A stretch of 64,000 nucleotides of DNA from Minisyncoccota bacterium. Its GTDB lineage: Bacteria; Patescibacteriota; Minisyncoccia; Phycocordibacterales; DATDSR01. The position numbers and the translations under genes were made by a program. The DNA is taken from positions 28,364 through 92,363 of the forward strand of contig DATDVE010000013.1 in assembly GCA_036517655.1 (NCBI GenBank). Reading direction: 5' to 3'. Below the pieces are notes generated by a model. That model was not told the origin of the DNA, ran no database searches, and was given only the letters and a program-made list of their open reading frames with translations. Below are positions 56,721-64,000 of the stretch, one piece after another (positions within the stretch are counted from its first letter, which is position 1; every line of letters begins with the position of its first letter).

Positions 56721-58929
56721 AGTATCTAAGTATCGTAGTATCCCAGTATCTATTAGTATCGGTTTTATTTTCCTAGTATCTATAAGTATCTTGATATCAA
56801 CTAATATCGCCTCCATCGTCTCCGCTTTCACTATTCAAAAGACCCTGCCCACTCAACCCGACCTGCAAAACGGCCTAGTGGGCCACTGGACATTTGATGG
56901 CAAGGATATTTCCGGTACCAGCGCCACAGACCGAAGCGGCAACAACAACACCGGCACCCTCACCAACGGCCCACTTGCCACTGTCGGCAAAATCGGCCAG
57001 GCCCTGAACTTTGATGGGAGTGATGATTATGTAAGTATTGCGGACAATAATTCTCTTGACCTTACATCTGCGGTCACTATTAGCTTATGGTTTAAAGCTG
57101 ATGGGTGGACTGCCGCATACCAAGGGCTCGTTGCGAAAAGAATTGGCAATTCGTCCAATTACGGTTTGAATGTAAGTAGCACAGGAAGTGCATTTCAGTG
57201 GTTCTTCCATGACGGGGATTATCAGATAGTTGATATAAATGCAAGTACCGTTTCTACAGGCCAGTGGCATCATTTTGTGGGGACTTTTAGTGATACTGGC
57301 GATGTAGTGGGGTCTATCTATATTGATGGAACTTTGAAAAAGACAGAAACATTTACGGCTAGAAATCTTGTCGCAAATACCAATACTCTTCGTATCGGTG
57401 AGAGTAATAATCCGGCAAGTGGCCCCGAACATTTCAATGGCTCCGTCGACGACGTGCGCGTGTACAGCCGGGCGCTTAGTGCGGCCGAGATTACTAAACT
57501 GTACAAACTCGGGGCCACCAGTCACGTCAATGTCACCCTCCCCACCCAACCCGACCTGCAATCTGGTCTGGTCGGCCACTGGACGTTTGACGGCAAAGAT
57601 ATGGGCCCGAATGTACTTGATAAATCAGGCAACGCAAACCACGGCAATGCTGTTTACGGCACCACTGGCAATACGAGCACGACTACAGTCGCGGGCCGGA
57701 TCGGCCAGGCACTTGTCTTTGATGGATTTCCTGTGCTCAATGGATTAGCTGACAGCGTTCTTCTCCCTGGTGTTTCAGTGACGGGGACCAGCCATAGCGT
57801 TTCCATGTGGCTCAATGTTACCGGGCTTCCAGCCGACACATACGGTACCCTTTTCAGTGATGCGTTTGGGAACACTGGACTTTATTATTATAACGATGGG
57901 GCGACAGAAAAGATTACTTATTTCTATAGTCTTGCCGATAATTTCGCCTCAACTACAATAAAAGTTGATAACAAGTGGCACCATTTTGCAGCTGTTTCCG
58001 GTACTGGCGGAGTTACTTTCTATGTCGACGGAGTTAGAAGTGGCGCAGTGTTTGGTCAAGTCCCGGATTATTCGGCAACAAGAATCGGAGGTGACATTTT
58101 TAACGATGAGTTTAAGGGTGCCCTCGACGACATCCGTCTCTACAATCGTCCACTTAGCGCGGCAGAAGTAACTAAACTATACAAACTCGGGGCCACCAGC
58201 CACGTCAACACAACCCTCCGCACCCAACCCGATCTGCAAAATGGCCTAGTGGGCCACTGGACATTCGACGGAAAGGACGTGGGGCCGAATGTACTTGATA
58301 AATCAGGCAACGCAAACCACGGCAATGCTGTTTACGGCACCACTGGCAATACGAGCACGACTACTGTGCCAGGCCGCATCGGCCAAGCTTTGAGCTTTGA
58401 TGGCGTGAACGACTATGTTCTGGTAAATAATAGTGCAAGTCTCACTATGACCACTGGTGATATAAGTATGGGAGGGTGGTTATATCGAAATGCGTCATTC
58501 TCGGTCAATCCCAATATCTTCCACAAAAAGAGTGGTACAAATGATATTAATAGTGGATACGCTATGGGAGTATTAAGAAGCACCCATTCATTGGGTGGCC
58601 ACAAGCCAGCTTTCAGTTTCGCCGATGGTACAAATGCCGCTTATTTCTACCCCACATCAATAACATACGCAACACCTTTCAGAAAGTGGGTCCATGCTTT
58701 CGTAGTTTTCAATTCTACTACCGATACGGCGCAAATATATATCAACGGACAACCAGTCGATACAACTAACGTTTATGCCAGCGCGATTGGTTCAGTAACT
58801 AACACCACAGCGCCAAATATAGGCAGGATATCCACATCCTACTTTGGTGGAAATATTGATGATTATCGCGTCTACAGCCGGGCGCTTAGCGCGGGGGAGG
58901 TGAGGAAATTGTATGAGATGGGAAGATAG
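56689..58929 (+). CDS. Secreted protein with three LamG/ConA-like domains
   Basis: Three copies of GLVGHWTFDG...DD.R.Y.RALS..E...LY; start codon uncertain. Confidence 0.88.
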   Translation: MQYIKPKTASKVSKYRSIPVSISIGFIFLVSISILISTNIASIVSAFTIQKTLPTQPDLQNGLVGHWTFDGKDISGTSATDRSGNNNTGTLTNGPLATVGKIGQALNFDGSDDYVSIADNNSLDLTSAVTISLWFKADGWTAAYQGLVAKRIGNSSNYGLNVSSTGSAFQWFFHDGDYQIVDINASTVSTGQWHHFVGTFSDTGDVVGSIYIDGTLKKTETFTARNLVANTNTLRIGESNNPASGPEHFNGSVDDVRVYSRALSAAEITKLYKLGATSHVNVTLPTQPDLQSGLVGHWTFDGKDMGPNVLDKSGNANHGNAVYGTTGNTSTTTVAGRIGQALVFDGFPVLNGLADSVLLPGVSVTGTSHSVSMWLNVTGLPADTYGTLFSDAFGNTGLYYYNDGATEKITYFYSLADNFASTTIKVDNKWHHFAAVSGTGGVTFYVDGVRSGAVFGQVPDYSATRIGGDIFNDEFKGALDDIRLYNRPLSAAEVTKLYKLGATSHVNTTLRTQPDLQNGLVGHWTFDGKDVGPNVLDKSGNANHGNAVYGTTGNTSTTTVPGRIGQALSFDGVNDYVLVNNSASLTMTTGDISMGGWLYRNASFSVNPNIFHKKSGTNDINSGYAMGVLRSTHSLGGHKPAFSFADGTNAAYFYPTSITYATPFRKWVHAFVVFNSTTDTAQIYINGQPVDTTNVYASAIGSVTNTTAPNIGRISTSYFGGNIDDYRVYSRALSAGEVRKLYEMGR
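56721..56808 (-). repeat. Octamer array (NNAGTATC), right arm, inverted
   Basis: About 9 units starting immediately after TAA 56718-56720. Confidence 0.85.
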
Positions 58930-59019
58930 GGCGAAATTGGCCATGCTTTTTCATCAAGCCCTGCATAGGTTTATCACATGTCTTGACTAGTTTAAAGTTG
59001 TAGCTTAAACTGGCCATAT

Positions 59020-60246
59020 ATGAAGGGATACATACATAGATACTTGGAATCGGCTGTTTTGAGGATTTCGAAGACATTTCCGGTTCTTTTATTGACCGGA
59101 CCTCGGCAGGTGGGGAAGACTACGCTTCTGCAGTATCTTATTGCGCAAGAAGGGAAAAAGCGCGGGTATGTCAGTTTGGATGATTTTAAAACGCGCACAC
59201 TGGCCAATGAGGATCCGGCGCTGTTTCTCCAGCAAAATCCTTCTCCCTTGCTCATTGATGAAGTTCAATATGCTCCCAAGCTTTTTACCTACATTAAGAT
59301 TGCTGTGGATCGAGATCGCAACAATGGCATGTATTGGCTTACCGGATCGCAGCAATTCCACATGATGAAAGGAGTATCAGAATCACTCGCTGGGCGCGTG
59401 GGCATATTGTCGCTCCTGGGCCTCTCGCAGGCAGAAATTGATGGTATGCCGCAAAAAGAGGAGCCGTGGATGCCAGGCGCCGCTGCCAAAGCAGAGGGTA
59501 CGAGCACCACAGCCATATTCAGTAAAATTATCAAAGGATCGTTTCCCGCGCTTTTTCAGGATCAAGCTCCCAAACTTGACGAATACTATGGCGCTTATCT
59601 CCGTACCTATGTTGATCGCGATGTGCGGGACATCATCAAAGTTACCTCTCTTGCCTCATTTGAAAAATTTGTTTCCGTTTGCGCGGCAAGGACAGCATCA
59701 CTTTTGAATTATTCTGATCTGGCCCGGGATGCCGATATCAGTGTTCCTACCGCAAAAGAGTGGATGAGCATTCTCGAGGCCGGACACCATGTGTTTCTAC
59801 TCCGTCCCTATTATCGTAATCTCACCAAGCGTCTCATCAAGGCCCCAAAGCTTTATTTTCTTGATACCGGACTTGCGGCGTATCTTACAGGCTGGCGCGA
59901 TCCTGGAACGGCACTTCGCGGGGCCTATGCCGGCCAGTTGTTTGAAACATTGATCATCAGTGAGATTATCAAAAGCTATGTGCATCGTGGCAAGGATCCG
60001 CGTTTCTTTTCATATTTTCGAACCAAAGAGCAAGAGGAGGTCGACTTTCTCATTGATCAAAATGGAATACTCACGCCTGTTGAGGTTAAACTTGGAATGC
60101 AAGTGAACAAGGCTGATCTCCGCGGTGTTGAAGCGCTTAAAGCTACCAAGACAAAGGTCGGGCTTGGCGCAGTCATTGCGCCCGTGGAGGCGCCGTATCA
60201 TCTAAACCAAGATGTTATCGTTGAGCCGCCAAGCGCGATTTCATGA
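59020..60246 (+). CDS. AAA_14 ATPase with DUF4143 domain
   Basis: GPRQVGKTT, IDEVQ, LTGS, PKLYFLDTGL and EVDF..P.EVK motifs. Confidence 0.92.
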   Translation: MKGYIHRYLESAVLRISKTFPVLLLTGPRQVGKTTLLQYLIAQEGKKRGYVSLDDFKTRTLANEDPALFLQQNPSPLLIDEVQYAPKLFTYIKIAVDRDRNNGMYWLTGSQQFHMMKGVSESLAGRVGILSLLGLSQAEIDGMPQKEEPWMPGAAAKAEGTSTTAIFSKIIKGSFPALFQDQAPKLDEYYGAYLRTYVDRDVRDIIKVTSLASFEKFVSVCAARTASLLNYSDLARDADISVPTAKEWMSILEAGHHVFLLRPYYRNLTKRLIKAPKLYFLDTGLAAYLTGWRDPGTALRGAYAGQLFETLIISEIIKSYVHRGKDPRFFSYFRTKEQEEVDFLIDQNGILTPVEVKLGMQVNKADLRGVEALKATKTKVGLGAVIAPVEAPYHLNQDVIVEPPSAIS

Positions 60247-60316
60247 CGACGTGCGCATCTACAACCGGGCGTTGAGTGCGGGGGAGGTATTAAAATTGTA
60301 CGAGATGGGGAGGTAA
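60245..60316 (+). pseudogene. Orphan 3' end of a LamG gene
   Basis: Encodes DDVRIYNRALSAGEVLKLYEMGR*, paralleling 58858-58929. Confidence 0.8.
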
Positions 60317-60317
60317 T

Positions 60318-60373
60318 TTGACCCTATTTCTTTAATAATATACAATGGAAGGGTGGAGATATCACCTTTCCAT
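60318..60373 (+). promoter_or_regulatory. abiE promoter with inverted-repeat operator
   Basis: TTGACC-17-TACAAT, overlapped by ATGGAAGGGTG-N7-CACCTTTCCAT. Confidence 0.6.
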
Positions 60374-60380
60374 CAGACAC

Positions 60381-60956
60381 ATGTCCACAGATAATCTCAT
60401 TGCCAAGCTATATCAGTCCCCCAAAACAATCCTAACCACAAAGGATATTGCTTTAACTTGGGGGGAAACTAACCCCATCAATCTTTTCTCAAAGATCAAA
60501 TATTATGCCAAACAAGGATCGCTGATCCGCCTATCTAGGGGGATTTTTGCCAAAGATAAAAATTATAATCCTAAAGAACTAGCCACGAGTATTTATACTC
60601 CATCATACATCAGTTTTGAAACAGTCCTAAGGGAAGCCGGTATAATTTTCCAGTACCACGATTCGATCTTTGTGGCCGGTCCCTATCCCACGATAAAAAA
60701 GTTTGGAGATCAAACGATTACATTTAGGAAATTGAAAGATAGCCTTCTCTATAATGCCAAGGGTGTTAAAAGTGAAAAGAATTACAGCATCGCCACACCG
60801 GAACGAGCCCTCCTCGATACCATGTATTTATCTCCTAAATTTTATTTTGACAATCTGCGACCTATTAACTGGGAGATATGCTTCGAACTTGCAAAAATTT
60901 ATGGCAACAAGCAGTTAATTAAACGAGTCGCAGAATACCAAAAGCATGCTCAATAA
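60381..60956 (+). CDS. AbiEi-like type IV antitoxin / transcriptional regulator
   Basis: LIRL.RG.F, PSYIS.E..L...G and ATPERALLD..Y motifs. Confidence 0.85.
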   Translation: MSTDNLIAKLYQSPKTILTTKDIALTWGETNPINLFSKIKYYAKQGSLIRLSRGIFAKDKNYNPKELATSIYTPSYISFETVLREAGIIFQYHDSIFVAGPYPTIKKFGDQTITFRKLKDSLLYNAKGVKSEKNYSIATPERALLDTMYLSPKFYFDNLRPINWEICFELAKIYGNKQLIKRVAEYQKHAQ

Positions 60957-61659
60957 AGAGAAACATCAACTAATCATGGGGCAGATTCTGCGAGATATTT
61001 ACTCGGATACTTCTATCTCATCTTTGCTCGGATTCAAGGGCGGTTCCTGCGCCTACTTTTTCTATGGTCTATCAAGATTTTCTGTCGATCTTGATTTCGA
61101 CCTATTTTCTAGCGACGAAGCTACTCAAAAATTGGTGTATGAAAAAATTGGTAGCATGTTGGGGAGATACGGAGAAATCAAGAATAATTATATAAAACGC
61201 AACACTATTTTTTTCCTGCTCTCATACGGAGACGCAGAGCACAATGTCAAAATTGAAGTTAATGTGAGAATCTTGATGCCCGATCTCAAAGAGCATTACA
61301 AAGTGGAAGAATATCTTGGAATTTCTATGCTTGTGGGCAAAAAGGATTATCTCTTCGCAAGTAAGCTCGCGGCACTCACTGACCGAAGATTGCTTGCTAT
61401 GCGCGATATTTACGATATTTGGTTCTTTGCCAAAAGCAACTGGGATATCGATGCCGAGGTACTCAAGACGAGAACCGGCAAAACTATCAAAGAACGCATG
61501 GCTGATTGCATTGCAGTCATTGAAACGGTTAAAGACAATGAAATTTTGCGAGGACTGGCCGAATTGTTATCGGGCGAAAAAGAAAAGGCGTGGGTCAAAG
61601 TTCACTTAAGAAAAGAGGTTATCTTCCTGCTCAAGAACTACCAGTCGGTATTAAAATAA
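60946..61659 (+). CDS. AbiEii nucleotidyltransferase toxin
   Basis: FKGGS, RFSVDLDF and K..A...R...RDIYD motifs. Confidence 0.92.
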   Translation: MLNKEKHQLIMGQILRDIYSDTSISSLLGFKGGSCAYFFYGLSRFSVDLDFDLFSSDEATQKLVYEKIGSMLGRYGEIKNNYIKRNTIFFLLSYGDAEHNVKIEVNVRILMPDLKEHYKVEEYLGISMLVGKKDYLFASKLAALTDRRLLAMRDIYDIWFFAKSNWDIDAEVLKTRTGKTIKERMADCIAVIETVKDNEILRGLAELLSGEKEKAWVKVHLRKEVIFLLKNYQSVLK

Positions 61660-61735
61660 AACTTATGATAAAATTACGAGGCAGAACTGCTGCGAACATG
61701 CCTAAAGTATATTGATGGCACTGAAAATTGAATAA

Positions 61736-63289
61736 ATGGAACATTTATTGAAAATCATAACCCTCATATTTGTTTTTTACGTAGCCTTGCCAACTTACGC
61801 CGCTAATCTCGAGAGTACCAATTACAAAATCTATGGCGGTCAAGTTAACGAGATCATCGGAGAACCGGCTTCTACTAACTATAATCTCAATTCTGGTGGC
61901 AATCCGATAGAAGGGGATACTTCAAGCGCTAATTATAAACTACAATCCGGTTCGGCACTTTCTTTTCCCGGCGCAAGCAGTAGTCCCAGCCCATCTCCCA
62001 GCCCCAGCCCTTCACTCAGCTCCGGTTCCGGTGCTAACGGACCGCCTGATATGCCTAATCTCTTTGTTGTCTCGCCAGGCATTCCTTTACTATCGCCTTA
62101 TCTCCCCCCGCTTCACGAACTTCTGCCAAATCTGCCTGACGACTTCCTCACCCCGCCCACTATTCCGGACTATTCTATCGTAACCGAGGCGGATCTCGCC
62201 GAGTTTGCCAATTTGCCTAGTAGTCTGCGCTTACTCACTCGCAAGTTTCCGAGCCTGGCTGGTACTTTTAGGTCTATCGGGGTCAAAGACTTTTCTGACT
62301 TGGATAGACTTTCGCGAGGTACATTTATTTTGCCCGGTTTTGACGAGCTCGATAAGATTCCCACCGAAGTTGTCTTTGCCCGCTCCGGTGATAAGCTGAT
62401 AAATTTCAACACCCAACTAAAGATTGCCAAATCCGGCCTGGTTACCCAGCTCATCCACGTAATCTCTGGTCACCCGGTTAATCTGGCTATCAGGCCAAAC
62501 GGACAAGTGAAGGAGATTACTGGATACCTTGTCCTGCGAGAGAGCAACTTCTCGCAAGACGCCGATGATAGCGAGAATATTTCTATCGATGTTTCAAGTC
62601 TAACTGCGTCACTCATTCTCGCACAAGCGGGGCAAGTGAAAGTTGACACCGGTCCTAAAAAAATCGAGCTAGAACCGGATCCTAATGTGAATGTGAGTGA
62701 TGAGTTCTTGCTAAATAAATTTACATATTCTGATCCGGACGGGGATGGCATATTTACCACTACTATTACCGCGCCATTTGTAGCCTCAACTTATGAAGTT
62801 ATCACTAATATTACTTACGCTGATGGTAGTACCGGTTCATCTGGCATTAGGCTGATCCTAGTAGTTGACCCAGAAGGTTACGTCTATACAGTTAAGGCCG
62901 GCCTTGAGGCGCGCGTGCCGGATGCTGTTGTCACTATCTTCTGGCGTGATCCGCAGGCAAATGATGGGAAAGGGGAATACGTGCCATGGCCGGCTCGCGA
63001 GTACAGCCAGCGCAATCCGCAGGTTACAGAGAAGGCCGGCGAGTATTCATTCCTAGTGCCGCCTGGCGAATACTACTTAACAGTTGCATCTGCTAAGTAT
63101 CACCCGTACACAAGCGAGCCCTTTATTGTCACAGAAGGCTCGGGTGTGCACATGAATATCGAACTTGCGCCGGTCAGATCCTTTGGTCAAATTCTGCTCT
63201 GGATTGGCTTCTTTATTCTATTCCTGCTACTTCTGCTTATTCTCTTGTTCTTGATAAAGCGCAGGAAGCAAAATAATTATTATCAATAG
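61736..63289 (+). CDS. Secreted protein with a carboxypeptidase-regulatory-like domain and C-terminal TM
   Basis: Signal peptide, PS linker, DP.GYVY..NPQ.T...GEY.F.VP.G.YY. Confidence 0.75.
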   Translation: MEHLLKIITLIFVFYVALPTYAANLESTNYKIYGGQVNEIIGEPASTNYNLNSGGNPIEGDTSSANYKLQSGSALSFPGASSSPSPSPSPSPSLSSGSGANGPPDMPNLFVVSPGIPLLSPYLPPLHELLPNLPDDFLTPPTIPDYSIVTEADLAEFANLPSSLRLLTRKFPSLAGTFRSIGVKDFSDLDRLSRGTFILPGFDELDKIPTEVVFARSGDKLINFNTQLKIAKSGLVTQLIHVISGHPVNLAIRPNGQVKEITGYLVLRESNFSQDADDSENISIDVSSLTASLILAQAGQVKVDTGPKKIELEPDPNVNVSDEFLLNKFTYSDPDGDGIFTTTITAPFVASTYEVITNITYADGSTGSSGIRLILVVDPEGYVYTVKAGLEARVPDAVVTIFWRDPQANDGKGEYVPWPAREYSQRNPQVTEKAGEYSFLVPPGEYYLTVASAKYHPYTSEPFIVTEGSGVHMNIELAPVRSFGQILLWIGFFILFLLLLLILLFLIKRRKQNNYYQ

Positions 63290-63326
63290 TTTATTAGTAA
63301 TTTTTAGTCACAATAATTTAAAAGCC

Positions 63327-63725
63327 ATGGAGTCAAACACAAATACAACTAGTCCACATTCTAAGTTCGTCCACTCTGTTCTCGCTGTTGTCGTGCTTGC
63401 GCTCCTGGCTCTCTCTTCCGCCCTTATCTTCCAGTACAAAGATCTGAAAGAGCAGCTATCTGGCACAAACGGGACAGAGTATGCTCCCGAGAACACCCGA
63501 GTCCTGCTCTTTCTGGATGATTTCGTAAACCTTGTGCTTGGTTCAACTACTGAAATCAGCCTTGAAGACAGGTTACGCTTAGAGAATGAAGTACGAGCCT
63601 TGGGGGATAAAGAAATCCTAGCCACTTGGCAGGCCTTCACCGAGGCCCCTGACGATATGGTGGCTCAAGGACAGGTCATCAAGCTCCTGCGCCTTCTGGT
63701 GGCCAAGCTTAAAGAAGCCCAATAG
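63327..63725 (+). CDS. Single-TM hypothetical protein
   Basis: 132-aa ORF with an N-terminal TM segment. Confidence 0.6.
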   Translation: MESNTNTTSPHSKFVHSVLAVVVLALLALSSALIFQYKDLKEQLSGTNGTEYAPENTRVLLFLDDFVNLVLGSTTEISLEDRLRLENEVRALGDKEILATWQAFTEAPDDMVAQGQVIKLLRLLVAKLKEAQ

Positions 63726-63887
63726 TGGTGCGCGCACCGCGTAGCCCCGCTCGTAGCGGGGCGGAGTGGTGTGGATATCAAAATAGGGCCTAGATCATAA
63801 GGGGAGTATAATTTCCCATAGGTAATTAGCCGTGGCGGGAGGTCGAATACCAGCCTTGGCGCATGCTTTATTAATCAAATTATACTT

Positions 63888-64000
63888 ATGCAAAACGAAC
63901 TAGTAGACACATTGAGCACTTCGCTCAATAACGTCTGGAGCGGGGTAATCGCATTCCTGCCGAAGTTTATCATTGCTCTCATTATCTTTATTATCGGCTG
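63888..64000 (+). CDS. Partial TM-helix (MscS/CmpX-like) membrane protein, runs off the window
   Basis: MQNELVDTLSTSLNNVWSGVIAFLPKFIIALIIFIIG. Confidence 0.6.
   Translation, partial: MQNELVDTLSTSLNNVWSGVIAFLPKFIIALIIFIIG

Noticed and set aside
56331-60316. Diversity-generating retroelement (Avd-like gene plus duplicated 3' end of a lectin gene)
   Set aside because: The repeat differences are mostly synonymous and not adenine-specific, and there is no reverse transcriptase in the window.
1-64000. rRNA/tRNA genes, prophage, or alternative genetic code
   Set aside because: No cloverleaf or rRNA signature seen by eye (tRNAscan not run); no capsid, terminase or integrase; TGA terminates conserved genes (nusG, dut, ftsK) at expected positions.

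Overview
This window looks like chromosome from a Patescibacteria/CPR (Parcubacteria-type) bacterium. The taxonomy is inferred from gene content: secE-nusG-rplK with no rplA, many large secreted surface proteins, and mostly leaderless-looking genes. Housekeeping genes present: ddl, secE, nusG, rplK, folA, thyA, dut, argS, ileS, recO, glyQS, metG, tatD, rpsF, ssb, rpsR, efp, recA, ftsK, rplJ and rplL. Also present: an expanded dTMP/pyrimidine cluster, S-layer/adhesin genes, TA/defence genes (HicAB, AbiE, NYN, AAA-DUF4143) and GC-rich orphan genes. I found no rRNA, tRNA or CRISPR array. The strongest unexplained signal is a layer of small inverted-repeat elements. (1) An ~80-bp element occurs twice, each time exactly at a start codon, duplicating ATGNN and carrying a -10-like box. 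(2) A DUF559 endonuclease gene lies between 48-bp inverted repeats, and three miniature derivatives supply stop codons or sit in frame inside ileS. (3) A four-helix-bundle gene is bracketed by inverted octamer arrays abutting its start and stop codons, and related heptamer arrays form signal peptides and in-frame loops in tRNA synthetases and DHFR. (4) A RAYT transposase has REP palindromes, one of them inside its own CDS. (5) A PaaX/Cas2-like gene lies between paired palindromes. All protein calls come from motif recognition by eye; no database searches were run.
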